From contig DATJZP010000067.1 in the NCBI GenBank assembly GCA_035498875.1, positions 80,107 through 144,106 on the forward strand: a stretch of 64,000 nucleotides of DNA, written 5' to 3'. A program made the translations under genes and the position numbers. Position 1 is the first letter of the stretch, and every line of letters starts with the position of its first letter. This stretch comes from Myxococcota bacterium. GTDB taxonomy: Bacteria > Myxococcota_A > UBA9160 > SZUA-336. Of this stretch, positions 36,774 through 48,938 are shown in pieces. The notes under the pieces are model-generated. The model was not told the DNA's origin, did no database searches, and was given only the letters and a program-made list of their open reading frames with translations.

Positions 36774-37646
36774 CTAGAGCGGCGCGTCCGCGAACGTGTC
36801 GCAGTCGTCGATGTTCCCGCTCGACAGACCCTTCTTGAGCCAGCGCACGCGCATCGCCGACGAGCCGTGAGTCCAGCTCTCGGGCGCTACGGCGCGACCC
36901 GCCTGGCGCTGCAGCGTGTCGTCGCCGATCGCCGCGGCGGCCGCGAGCCCGGCTTCGACGTCGCCCGGCTCGAGCCACTTGTGCTCCTGGTTGGCGCGCT
37001 GACCCCAGACGCCGGCGAGACAGTCGGCCTGCAGCTCCATGCGCACCGAGATCTCGTTGGCGTCGCTGCGCGAGCCGCGGCGCTGCGCGGCGCTCACCTT
37101 GTCGGCGATGCCGAGCAGGTTCTGCACGTGATGGCCGACCTCGTGCGCGATCACGTAGGCGCGCGCGAAGTCACCGGGCGCCCCGAAGCGCTGCTCGAGC
37201 TCGTGGAAGAACGAAAGGTCGAGATAGACCTGTGAGTCGGGCGGGCAGTAGAACGGGCCGACCGCGGCCTCGGCAGTGCCGCAGGCCGATTGCACGGCAT
37301 CCGAGAACAGCACCAGCTTGGGGCGCTGGTAGGTCCGGCCGCGCTCGGAGAACACCTCGCTCCAGACGTCCTCGGTCGAGGCCAGCACCACCGCCGCGAA
37401 CTTGCCCTGCGCATCCGAGGGTGTGCCCATCTTGCCCGGCTCGCCGGGCGAGTCACTCTGGCCGGACGACACGTCGGAGACACCCTGCACCACCTGGATC
37501 ACCTGGCGCGGGTCGGTGCCGGTGAGCGCCGAGAACAACAGGATCAGGAGCAGGCTGCCGCCGCCCAGCGCCACCCCGCCGCGGCCGATGCGGATGCCGC
37601 GGCGATCCTCGATCTGGTCGCTCTCGCGCTCGTCTTCCCACTTCAT
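36774..37646 (-). CDS. YpfJ-family neutral zinc metallopeptidase (putative)
   Basis: HEVGHH zinc motif and N-terminal TM segment. Confidence 0.8.
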   Translation of the reverse strand: MKWEDERESDQIEDRRGIRIGRGGVALGGGSLLLILLFSALTGTDPRQVIQVVQGVSDVSSGQSDSPGEPGKMGTPSDAQGKFAAVVLASTEDVWSEVFSERGRTYQRPKLVLFSDAVQSACGTAEAAVGPFYCPPDSQVYLDLSFFHELEQRFGAPGDFARAYVIAHEVGHHVQNLLGIADKVSAAQRRGSRSDANEISVRMELQADCLAGVWGQRANQEHKWLEPGDVEAGLAAAAAIGDDTLQRQAGRAVAPESWTHGSSAMRVRWLKKGLSSGNIDDCDTFADAPL

Positions 37647-37876
37647 CGGCGACCCTCCGCGCCAAAGGGTACGCCAGAAGCGAAGCGAGCTCCCACCCGA
37701 CAGCGACACGGAGGGCCAGCTCTATGCGCCGTCGGGCGGGAGCTCCCGGAGACGTCCTGGAATCGGCCGCGGCGGCATCGACCTGCCGCCGGCGACTCGC
37801 CATCCCGCGGCGCGGAAGCCTCGATTCCCGCGCCACTCGTCCGGACCGTATCCGGCCCCAGCCTAACCCGGTGGAG

Positions 37877-40590
<2,714 letters not shown>

Positions 40591-40633
40591 GCCGATCGAG
40601 CGCTGCTCCGCCCCGATTTCGCGCCTCTTGTAT

Positions 40634-40653
40634 TTAATCAATCGATTGATTAA
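40634..40653. promoter_or_regulatory. perfect 20-bp palindrome TTAATCAATCGATTGATTAA, 10 nt upstream of the TetR gene start: candidate TetR operator
   Basis: Read directly from the sequence; AT-rich in a 70% GC background. Confidence 0.6.
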
Positions 40654-40663
40654 TTTTGCGGCC

Positions 40664-41359
40664 ATGGCGAACCGAAGAACCGAACGAGCGGGGGCAGCCC
40701 GGGAGGGCGGGCGTCGCCCGGGCCGGCCCCGGCGTGGCCCCGTACTTGAAGATCCCAAGCGCGAGCTCGTGGCGGCGGCGCGCGATCTGTTCGCGCGCCG
40801 CGGCTTCAGCGAGGTCGGCATTCGCGAGCTGTCGCGCGCCGCGGGAGTCACTCCCGGAATGATCTCCTACTACTTTGGCGGCAAGCAGGGCTTGTACGAA
40901 GCCATGCTTTCGAGCGTCTTCGAGGACCTGCTCGCGCGCGTGCGCGAGCTGGCCGCGCAGCCGGCCGAGTCGACGGCGCCGCTCGCGGCGCTGGTGCGGC
41001 TCTATACCGCCACGCTCGCGAGTCAGCCCTGGCTGCCGGCGCTCCTGCTGCGCGAGGTGATCTACGGCGACGCCGAGACCCGCGCGCGCTTCATCGAGCG
41101 CTTCGCGCAGCGCGCTTCGGCGCTTCTGCCGGCGCTGGTCGCGAGTGAGATCGAGAGCGGCGCGTTGCGCGCGGATCTCGACCCGGCACTGACCGTGCTG
41201 GCGCTGATCGGCGCGTCGGTCTTTCCGTTCCTGGCGCACCCCGTGCTCGGCAAGGTGCTCGGCTACGAGCTCGACGACGCGTTCGCGGCGCGCCTGGCGA
41301 GTCACACGACGAGGCTCTTGTTCGACGGAGGGCGGCCCCGGCCCGAGGTCGAGCCATGA
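40664..41359 (+). CDS. TetR/AcrR-family transcriptional regulator
   Basis: HTH (GIRELSRAAGVTPGMISYYF). ATG after the palindrome is preferred over the upstream TTG. Confidence 0.8.
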   Translation: MANRRTERAGAAREGGRRPGRPRRGPVLEDPKRELVAAARDLFARRGFSEVGIRELSRAAGVTPGMISYYFGGKQGLYEAMLSSVFEDLLARVRELAAQPAESTAPLAALVRLYTATLASQPWLPALLLREVIYGDAETRARFIERFAQRASALLPALVASEIESGALRADLDPALTVLALIGASVFPFLAHPVLGKVLGYELDDAFAARLASHTTRLLFDGGRPRPEVEP

Positions 41360-42333
41360 GACGCTGGCTCGTCGCGGCGTGTCTCGGGCTGGCCGCAGGG
41401 GCTTGCCGGCGCGACGTCGCCTCGATCCCCGCCGTCGGCACGCTCGAGCGCGATCGCATCGAGCTCACCGCTGAAGAGAACGAGCCCATCGTCTCGGTCC
41501 CGGTCAAGGAAGGCGACGTGGTGGCGGCGGGCGAGGTGCTGATGGCCCTCGACGACCGCCGGCTGGCTGCGCAGCTCGCGCGCGCGCGGGCGTCGCGCGA
41601 CGAGCTGGCGGCGCGGCTCGCCGAGCTCGAGAAGGGGCCGCGCGCGGAGCGCATCCGCGAGGCGCGGGCGCGCCTGGCCGGCGCGGAGAGCGAGGCCAGC
41701 AACGCGCAGAGTGAGTTCGACCGCAGCCGCGCGCTCGAGCGCCAGGCGGTCGAGTCGGCGGCGCGGCGCGACCAGATGCGCATGCAGCGCGACGCCGCGG
41801 TGGCGCGGCGCGACCAGGCGCGCGCCACGCTCGAAGAGCTGGAGCGCGGCACCCGCTTGGAGCAGATCGACCAGGCGCGCGGCGCGCTCGCGGCGGCGGC
41901 GGCGACCGTGGACGAGATCCAGGTGCGCTTCGAGCGACTCACCGTGCGCGCACCGCGCCTGGGCCGCGTCGACTCGCTGCCGTTCAAGCTGGGCGAGCGC
42001 CCGCCCGCGGGCGCGGTGGTGGTGGTCATGCTGGCCGCCGACCCGACCTACGCCCGGGTGTACGTGCCGGAGGCCGTGCGCGTGCGGATCGCCGAGGGCA
42101 CGCGCGCCAGCGTCACGATCAGCGGGCGCGACGGCGCGCTCGACGGCCGCGTGCGCGACCTCTCGCACGAGGCCGCCTTCACGCCGTATTTCGCGCTGAC
42201 CCAACACGACCGCGGGCGGCTCTCGTATCTGGCCGAGGTCGACGTGTCGGGTCCCGACGTGGCAACGCTTCCGACCGGCGTGCCGGTCGAGGTGCGCTTC
42301 GAGCTCGAGACGCGCGCGGTGAGCGCGAAGTGA
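41356..42333 (+). CDS. HlyD-family secretion / membrane-fusion protein
   Basis: Signal anchor, long coiled-coil, beta-barrel domain. Confidence 0.8.
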   Translation: MRRWLVAACLGLAAGACRRDVASIPAVGTLERDRIELTAEENEPIVSVPVKEGDVVAAGEVLMALDDRRLAAQLARARASRDELAARLAELEKGPRAERIREARARLAGAESEASNAQSEFDRSRALERQAVESAARRDQMRMQRDAAVARRDQARATLEELERGTRLEQIDQARGALAAAAATVDEIQVRFERLTVRAPRLGRVDSLPFKLGERPPAGAVVVVMLAADPTYARVYVPEAVRVRIAEGTRASVTISGRDGALDGRVRDLSHEAAFTPYFALTQHDRGRLSYLAEVDVSGPDVATLPTGVPVEVRFELETRAVSAK

Positions 42334-43259
42334 GCGAGCTCGCGATCCAGGCGCGCGGACTCACGCGCCGCTTCGGCAAGAGCGTCGCGGTCGACCACGT
42401 GGATCTCGAGATCCCGCGCCGCGCGATCTACGGCTTCCTCGGCCCGAACGGCTCGGGCAAGTCGACCACCATCCGCATGCTGTGCGGCCTGCTCACGCCG
42501 TCCGAGGGCGGCGCGACCGTGCTCGGGCTCTCGGTGCCGCGCGACGCCGAGAAGCTGCGCCGCAAGATCGGCTACATGACTCAGCGCTTCTCGCTCTACG
42601 AGGACCTGACGGTGGCCGAGAACCTCGAGTTCCTGGCCGAGATCTACTCCGTGCGCGGCGCCGCGGCGCGCGCCCGGATCGACGAGCTCTGCGGCGAGTT
42701 CCACCTGCGCGAGATCGCGCGTCAGCGCGCGGGCACGCTGTCGGGCGGACAGAGGCAGCGGCTCGCGCTGGCCGGCGCCACGCTGCACCAGCCGCAGCTG
42801 CTGTTCCTGGACGAGCCGACCAGCGCCGTCGATCCGCAGAGCCGCCGTGACTTCTGGGAGACGCTCTACGCCCTGGTCGAGCGCGGCACCACGATCCTGG
42901 TCTCGACTCACTTCATGGACGAGGCCGAGCGCTGTCACGAGCTGGCGATCCTGGACCGCGGGCGCGTGGTGGCCAGTGGCGCGCCCGAGAAACTGATGCG
43001 CGAGATCGACGCCGCCGTGGTCGAGATCGAGGCCCCCGAGCCGCACGCCGCGCGCGTGGCGCTCGAGCAGAACCGCGCGGTGCACAGCGTGGCCCAGCTC
43101 GGCACGCGCCTGCACGCGCTGGTCGACCGGGCGCTGCCCGATCCGGCGCGCGCGCTCTCCGAGGCGCTGCGCAACGCACACGTCGAAGCGCGCGTGGGTC
43201 TGGCGCGCGCGAGCCTCGAAGACGTGTTCGTCGCCGCGACGCAGAGTCACAGGCCGTGA
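42330..43259 (+). CDS. ABC transporter ATP-binding protein
   Basis: Walker A GPNGSGKST, LSGGQRQR signature, Walker B LLFLDEPT. Confidence 0.9.
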   Translation: MSELAIQARGLTRRFGKSVAVDHVDLEIPRRAIYGFLGPNGSGKSTTIRMLCGLLTPSEGGATVLGLSVPRDAEKLRRKIGYMTQRFSLYEDLTVAENLEFLAEIYSVRGAAARARIDELCGEFHLREIARQRAGTLSGGQRQRLALAGATLHQPQLLFLDEPTSAVDPQSRRDFWETLYALVERGTTILVSTHFMDEAERCHELAILDRGRVVASGAPEKLMREIDAAVVEIEAPEPHAARVALEQNRAVHSVAQLGTRLHALVDRALPDPARALSEALRNAHVEARVGLARASLEDVFVAATQSHRP

Positions 43260-44377
43260 TCGGCTGGCGCAGCTCACTGGGGCGCATCGCGGCGATCGCG
43301 CGCAAGGAGCTGCGACACCTGCGCCGCGATCCACTCACTGGCGGCATGGTGCTGGGCGTGCCGCTGATGATGACGCTGCTCTTCGGCTACGCCATCAACC
43401 AGGACGTGCGCCACCTGCGCGCCGGCGTGGCCGATCTCTCGGGCTCGCAGAGCGCGCGCTTCCTGGTGGCCGACGCCCAGGCCTCGCAAGTGATCGACGT
43501 GGTGCGGGTCGCGCACTCGGTGCGCGAGCTCGAGAAGTGGCTGGTCGCGGGCGACGTCTCGGTGGGGATCGTGATCCCCGAGGACTACGAGCGGCGCCGG
43601 CTGGGCGGGGAGCGCGCCAGCGCGCAGCTCCTGGTCGACGGTGGCGATCCAGTCGTGCTGGCGGCAGTGCGCGGCCTGACCGGGCTGCCCGTCGAGCGCC
43701 GGCTCGCGCCGCCCTTGCGCCCAATGGTGTCACCCCCGCCCGCCTTCGAGCTGCGCGCCTACTACAACCCGGAGCGCCGCTCCGCGGTGCACATCGTGCC
43801 GGCGCTGTGCGGAGTCATCCTGACGCTCACGCTGGTGCTCTTCACGGCGGTGGCGATCGTGCGCGAGCGCGAGCGCGGAAACCTGGAGCTCTTGATCACG
43901 ACGCCGGTGCAGACGCCGGAGCTGATGATCGGGAAGATCTTGCCGTACGTGGCGATCGGCTACGGACAGATGACGCTGATCCTCTCGCTCGGCCACTTCT
44001 TGTTCGACGTGCCGATCGCCGGTCACCTGGGCGCGCTGTATCTCGGCGCGGGCGCGTTCGTGGCGGCGGCGCTCACGCTCGGCCTGTTGATCTCGACCCT
44101 CGCGCAGACTCAGTTCCAGGCCTTCCAGATGGCCTTCGTGTCGTTCCTGCCGCAGATCCTGCTCTCGGGCTTCATGTTCCCGTTCGACGGCATGCCGCGG
44201 CCGGCGCAGCTGCTGGCGCAGCTCCTGCCGTTGACTCACTTCCTGCGCATCGTGCGCGGGATCGTGCTGCGCGGCGCGACCCTGGTGGACGTCTCCAGCG
44301 AGATTAAGGCGCTTCTCATCTTCTTCTCGATCGCTTTCGCGCTGTCGCTGCTGCGATTCCGCAAGCGCCTGGACTGA
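43256..44377 (+). CDS. ABC-2-type transporter permease
   Basis: 6-TM ABC-2 permease profile. The operon resembles E. coli ybiH-ybhGFSR. Confidence 0.8.
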   Translation: MIGWRSSLGRIAAIARKELRHLRRDPLTGGMVLGVPLMMTLLFGYAINQDVRHLRAGVADLSGSQSARFLVADAQASQVIDVVRVAHSVRELEKWLVAGDVSVGIVIPEDYERRRLGGERASAQLLVDGGDPVVLAAVRGLTGLPVERRLAPPLRPMVSPPPAFELRAYYNPERRSAVHIVPALCGVILTLTLVLFTAVAIVRERERGNLELLITTPVQTPELMIGKILPYVAIGYGQMTLILSLGHFLFDVPIAGHLGALYLGAGAFVAAALTLGLLISTLAQTQFQAFQMAFVSFLPQILLSGFMFPFDGMPRPAQLLAQLLPLTHFLRIVRGIVLRGATLVDVSSEIKALLIFFSIAFALSLLRFRKRLD

Positions 44378-44409
44378 AAGCGGGATAGTCTCCGCGCCCC
44401 GCGGGGGGA

Positions 44410-45249
44410 GTGGACATGCTTCTGGCCTGGCAGGCCGTGGTGCTCGGCCTGGTCGAGGGGATCACCGAGTATCTGCCGATCAGCTCGACCGGCCACCTGA
44501 TCCTGGTCGAGTCGCTGCTCGGTCTGGGCGGCGAGGACACCAAGCCGGCGCTCGACGCGTTCTCGATCGTGATCCAGGGCGGAGCCATCCTGGCCGTGCT
44601 CGGCCTGTATTTCCAGCGCGTGCTCTCGATGTTGCGCGGCGTGCTGGGCAGTGACCCGACCGGGCTGCGGCTCTTGCTGAACCTGCTCGTGGCGTTCGTG
44701 CCCTCGGTCGTGGTCGGGCTGCCGCTCGACAAGTGGATCGAACGGCATCTCTTTCACCCGCTGCCGGTGCTGCTCACGCTCGCCGCCGGGGGCCTGTTCA
44801 TGATCGTGTACGATCGCCGGCTGCGTTCGGGCACGCGCACGATCGACGAGCTCGACTGGCGCCACGCGCTCGGCATCGGCGCGCTGCAGTGTCTCGCGCT
44901 CTGGCCAGGCACGTCGCGCTCGATGGTGGTGATCGTGGGCGGGCTCCTGTTCGGCCTGCGCCCGCGCGACGCGGCCGAGTTCTCGTTCCTGCTCGGGCTG
45001 CCCACCCTGGGCGGCGCGTGCGCCTACAAGGCGCTGAAGGAGCACCACGCGATCGCGCAGCTCGGCGTCACGCCAGTTGCGATCGGCATCGCGGTGGCGG
45101 CAATCTCGGCGGCGCTCGCGGTGCGCTGGCTGGTCTCGTTCCTCAACCGGCGCGGGCTGGCGCCGTTCGGCTGGTATCGCCTGGCGCTGTCGGCGGCGCT
45201 GTTGGTTTGCCTGGGGCTCGGGTGGGTCCAGTTCGGTGGTCTATCCTGA
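44410..45249 (+). CDS. uppP: undecaprenyl-diphosphate phosphatase
   Basis: BacA/UppP motifs (ISSTGHLIL, LWPGTSRSM). Confidence 0.9.
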   Translation: MDMLLAWQAVVLGLVEGITEYLPISSTGHLILVESLLGLGGEDTKPALDAFSIVIQGGAILAVLGLYFQRVLSMLRGVLGSDPTGLRLLLNLLVAFVPSVVVGLPLDKWIERHLFHPLPVLLTLAAGGLFMIVYDRRLRSGTRTIDELDWRHALGIGALQCLALWPGTSRSMVVIVGGLLFGLRPRDAAEFSFLLGLPTLGGACAYKALKEHHAIAQLGVTPVAIGIAVAAISAALAVRWLVSFLNRRGLAPFGWYRLALSAALLVCLGLGWVQFGGLS

Positions 45250-45267
45250 GCGTGGGGAGAATGCTGG

Positions 45268-45570
45268 ATGACCGAGATGCTTGAGACGTTCTTCCGCTGG
45301 CTGATGCAAACGCTCAGCAATCCCTGGACCGCGATCGGAATCGCCGGTCAGGTGGTCTTTTCGCTGCGGTTTCTGGTGCAGTGGATCGCGTCCGAGCGGG
45401 CAGGGCGGAGCGTCGTGCCCGACGTCTTCTGGTATCTCTCGATCCTGGGATCGCTCGTGCTGCTGACTTATGCGCTCCACTTGAGGGACCTGGTCTTCAC
45501 GCTGGGTCAGTCGTTCGGGTTCGTCGTCTACGCGCGCAACCTCGCGCTTCGAAAGAGGGAGACGGCGTGA
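45268..45570 (+). CDS. lipid-A-disaccharide synthase N-terminal-domain (LAB_N) small membrane protein
   Basis: 100-aa 3-TM protein of the type found beside ArnC-like GT2 genes. Confidence 0.65.
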   Translation: MTEMLETFFRWLMQTLSNPWTAIGIAGQVVFSLRFLVQWIASERAGRSVVPDVFWYLSILGSLVLLTYALHLRDLVFTLGQSFGFVVYARNLALRKRETA

Positions 45571-46289
45571 GCCGCCCACTCTCGGGAGTGTCGGTGGTCG
45601 TGCCGGTGTTCGACGAAGAGGACAACATCGGTCCGCTCGCCGACGAGCTGGGCGCGGCGCTCGCGGGGCTCGAGATCCCGTGGGAGGTGATCTTCGTCGA
45701 CGACGGCAGCCGCGACGGGACGCGCAAGCGCGTGCTCGAGACACTCGAGCACAAGACCGGCTTCCGGCTGGTGCCGCTCGACCGCAACCAGGGTCAATCG
45801 GCCGCGCTGGTGGCCGGCGTGCGCGCGGCGCGACACAGTCATGTGGCCACGCTCGACGGCGACCTGCAGAACGATCCGCGCGACGTACCGCGCGTGGTGG
45901 CGCTGGCGCGCGAGGACGACGTGGTGATCGGCCGGCGCGCGCAGCGCCGCGACACCGTCTGGCGTCGGCTCGCCGGCAAGCTCGCGAACTCGGTGCGCCG
46001 CTCGGTGCTGGGCGACGGCGCGTCGGACACCGGCTGCTCGCTGAAGCTCTTCCCCACGCAGGCCTTCCTGGCGCTGCCGCGCTTCGACGGCATGCACCGC
46101 TTCCTGCCGGCGCTGTTCCGCTACCAGGGACTCAGCGTGCGCGAGATCGACGTGAATCACCGCGCGCGCGTGGCGGGCCGCTCGAAGTACACCAACTTCG
46201 CGCGCCTGCGCCGCACGGTCTTCGACCTCGCCGGGGTCTACTGGCTGTCGAAGCGGACGATTCGGGTGGGCGCGCGCGACGAGAGCTAG
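45567..46289 (+). CDS. polyprenyl-phosphate glycosyltransferase (GT2; ArnC/GtrB-like)
   Basis: VVVPVFDEEDNI and VDDGSRDGT motifs. GTG start overlapping the LAB_N stop. Confidence 0.8.
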   Translation: MSRPLSGVSVVVPVFDEEDNIGPLADELGAALAGLEIPWEVIFVDDGSRDGTRKRVLETLEHKTGFRLVPLDRNQGQSAALVAGVRAARHSHVATLDGDLQNDPRDVPRVVALAREDDVVIGRRAQRRDTVWRRLAGKLANSVRRSVLGDGASDTGCSLKLFPTQAFLALPRFDGMHRFLPALFRYQGLSVREIDVNHRARVAGRSKYTNFARLRRTVFDLAGVYWLSKRTIRVGARDES

Positions 46290-47713
46290 TCATCGTCCTG
46301 AATCTCGAGTGCCTTCAAGACCGAGATCGCGAACCACTCGTGATCGCGGCGCACGGCAGCGAGCCGCTCGCGGTCGTCGATCGAGAGCACCATGTAGGTC
46401 CGCGACAGCATGATCAGCTGCAGCTCGACCTCGCCGCGACCGATGCCCGCGAGCACGAGCAACCCCAGCAGCCACGACAGCCCGAAGCCCGGGCGGCGGT
46501 CGAAAAGCGCCGCCAGCCCGGCCACGGCGAAGAGGGCGATCGGTAGTCCCACGCGCAGCGCCACGCCCAGCGGCTCGAGTGACTCGACCCAGAGGTAGAA
46601 GAGCGCGATCCAGATCGCGACGGCAAGCCCGGCGGCCGCGAGCAGCGGACCGATGCCCCGCACCAGCCAGCCGAAGCGACTGCCGAGCTCGCGCGCAGCG
46701 GCGCGCAGCGCATCGGCGCTGCACAGCGCGAGCCCCGGAATCATCGACAGCGTGTAGTGCTTCTGCTTCTGCGGCAGGAACGAGAACGCGAGGAAGGGCA
46801 CGACGAACGCCAGCGCGGCAAACCGGCGGCCCGGCTCGCCGCGATACAGCCGCGTGCGCCAGAGCTGCCACACCACGAACGGCAAGAGCAGACTGGCGGG
46901 CGCCGCGCGCACCGGCAGGACGCTGAGATACCACCAGGGCGCCTTGAAGTGAGCCGAGCCGCTGTGACTGTCGGAATCACCCAGCGGCAGGAGCAGGGCG
47001 TCGCGGAAGGCCTCGAACGCGCCTGGCACGAACACCAGCACCGCCACGTACCACGAGAGACCGATCGCGGCGACCACCGCGAACACCTTCCACGCGCGCG
47101 GCCGGCGCAGCGCGCCGAGCTCGCCCTGGAGCGCCAGATAGGCGAGGATCGGCAGCGCGATCGTGAACACGATCGCGGTCGCCTTGGTCAGGAAGGCGAG
47201 TCCGGCGCACAGCGCGAACGGCCAGAGCGAGCGCTCGCGCCGTGACTCGAAGCGGTAGAACGCGAACAGCGCCGCGGTCGAGAGCAGCGCGAGCAGCATC
47301 TCGGCGTCGCCGCGCCGACCGGACGAGGTGAACTGCTGCATCGCCGCGAGTGACCCGAGCGCGAGCAGCCCCTCGGCGGCGCCGCCCAGCGACCGGCCCC
47401 AGGCGAAGATCAACAGCGCCAGTCCGAGCGCCGCGCTCGCCGACACCGCGCGCACCGGCCAGGCTGCCGTGTTACCGCTGAGCTTCGCGACCACGGCGCC
47501 CGCCCAGTAGAAGAGCGGTGGCTTCTGCAGCCGAAGCGTGTCCCCGAGACGTGGCACCAGCCAATCGCCGCTCTCGAGCATGCCCCGCACCACGTTGACG
47601 CAGCGCGCCTCACTGATCCGTCCCACGATCGTTGTGTCCAGACCGATCCAGAGCGCGAAGGTCAGCGCAGCCAGGATCGACACCAGCGCCACAAACTCGA
47701 AACGCTCCCTCAT
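46286..47713 (-). CDS. ArnT/PMT-like polyprenyl-phosphate-sugar-dependent glycosyltransferase (GT39/GT83 family)
   Basis: ~11-13 TM; N-terminal loop with the RLGDTLRLQKPPLFYW motif typical of the ArnT/PMT fold. Confidence 0.7.
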   Translation of the reverse strand: MRERFEFVALVSILAALTFALWIGLDTTIVGRISEARCVNVVRGMLESGDWLVPRLGDTLRLQKPPLFYWAGAVVAKLSGNTAAWPVRAVSASAALGLALLIFAWGRSLGGAAEGLLALGSLAAMQQFTSSGRRGDAEMLLALLSTAALFAFYRFESRRERSLWPFALCAGLAFLTKATAIVFTIALPILAYLALQGELGALRRPRAWKVFAVVAAIGLSWYVAVLVFVPGAFEAFRDALLLPLGDSDSHSGSAHFKAPWWYLSVLPVRAAPASLLLPFVVWQLWRTRLYRGEPGRRFAALAFVVPFLAFSFLPQKQKHYTLSMIPGLALCSADALRAAARELGSRFGWLVRGIGPLLAAAGLAVAIWIALFYLWVESLEPLGVALRVGLPIALFAVAGLAALFDRRPGFGLSWLLGLLVLAGIGRGEVELQLIMLSRTYMVLSIDDRERLAAVRRDHEWFAISVLKALEIQDDD

Positions 47714-47740
47714 GGCGCGCGATGCATAGCACACCGCTGC

Positions 47741-47769
47741 TTGACAAGAATGAGGGCGCGCGAGATTCT
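47741..47769 (+). promoter_or_regulatory. candidate sigma-70 promoter: TTGACA-N17-GATTCT upstream of the ABC exporter leader
   Basis: Perfect -35, weak -10. Confidence 0.25.
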
Positions 47770-47867
47770 GCGACGCGATGTCTTCCCGGCCCGCCGCGAA
47801 TCTTTGCGCCTACCCGATGTCGATCGCGCTTGCGGTCGTCATTGCGACGGAGCTCGTCCACACGTAG

Positions 47868-47922
47868 CCGGAAGGGACAGTGAGTACATCCAGCGCCCTT
47901 CCGGGAACCCCCGGAAGGGCGC
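47868..47922 (+). promoter_or_regulatory. 5' leader with three copies of CCGGAAGGG / CCCTTCCGG giving mutually exclusive hairpins, just upstream of the RBS AAGGGG and ATG 47943
   Basis: Read directly from the sequence. The 13-bp stem GCGCCCTTCCGGG/CCCGGAAGGGCGC has a 4-nt loop (47893-47922) and is followed by a TTCGGTTTAA tract. Confidence 0.4.
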
Positions 47923-47942
47923 TTCGGTTTAAGGGGCGTGAC

Positions 47943-48938
47943 ATGACCGCAGGCATCGAAGTCGAGGAGCTCCGCAAGGTCTTCCGCGTGCGCGAGCGAG
48001 CGCGCGGCTTCGGGGGCGCATTGCGCGCGCTGGTGGCGCCGCGCTCGCGCGAGCTGGTCGCGGTCGACGGTATCTCGTTCCGGATCGCGCCGGGCGAGCG
48101 CGTGGCCTTCGTCGGGCCGAACGGCGCCGGGAAGTCGACCACGTTGAAGATGCTGTCCGGCATCCTGCGCCCGAGCTCGGGCCGCGTGCGCGTCGCGGGC
48201 TTCGAGCCCGGCCGCGACCGCGGCCGGCTCGGCTACAAGATCGGCGCGGTCTTCGGTCAGCGCTCGCAGCTCTGGCTGCACCTGCCGGCCGCGGACACCT
48301 TCGACCTCTTGGCGCGGATCTACGAGATCCCGCCCGACGACTATCGCGCGCGGCGCGACGAGCTGGTGCGCGCGTTCGAGATCGACGAAGTGAGTCGCAA
48401 GCCGGTGAGTCAGCTGTCGCTGGGCGAACGGATGCGCTGCGAGCTGGTGGCGAGCCTGCTGCACCGGCCGGAGATCCTGTTCCTGGACGAGCCGACGATC
48501 GGCCTCGACGTGGTGGCCAAGGCCACCATCCGCGACCTGGTGCGCGAGCGCGGCCGGCGCGACGGCTGCACGGTGCTGCTCACCTCGCACGACACCGGCG
48601 ACATGGAGCGCGTGTGCGAGCGCGTGCTGGTGATCCACCGCGGGCGCATGCTGCTCGACCGCTCGGTGGACGCGCTGCGCAAGAGCTTCATTCCGCGCAA
48701 GCGCATCTCGGTGGTGAGCGAGGAGGTCGAGCTCGCGCTCGACCTGCCGGGCGTACGCCGGCTGCCGAGCGCGCCGCACCGCACCGAGCTCGAGGTCGAT
48801 CTGCGCGCGATCGGCGTGGACCGCGTGGTGGCGGCGATCGTGGCGCGCGCGCGCGTGCTCGACCTGTCGGTGGAGGATCCGCCGATGGAGGAGATCGTGA
48901 CCGCGATCTACGCCGGAGCGAAGGAGGCCGTGGCGTGA
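47943..48938 (+). CDS. ABC transporter ATP-binding protein
   Basis: Walker A GPNGAGKST, LSLGERMR signature, Walker B. Confidence 0.85.
   Translation: MTAGIEVEELRKVFRVRERARGFGGALRALVAPRSRELVAVDGISFRIAPGERVAFVGPNGAGKSTTLKMLSGILRPSSGRVRVAGFEPGRDRGRLGYKIGAVFGQRSQLWLHLPAADTFDLLARIYEIPPDDYRARRDELVRAFEIDEVSRKPVSQLSLGERMRCELVASLLHRPEILFLDEPTIGLDVVAKATIRDLVRERGRRDGCTVLLTSHDTGDMERVCERVLVIHRGRMLLDRSVDALRKSFIPRKRISVVSEEVELALDLPGVRRLPSAPHRTELEVDLRAIGVDRVVAAIVARARVLDLSVEDPPMEEIVTAIYAGAKEAVA

Noticed and set aside
37647-37876. 230-bp gap between the metallopeptidase and P-II genes, checked for a tRNA or small RNA (TCGATTCC resembles a T-loop)
   Set aside because: There is no acceptor/anticodon arm structure or CCA context. 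Only a weak 5-bp hairpin (CCGGA-N5-TCCGG) downstream of the P-II stop.
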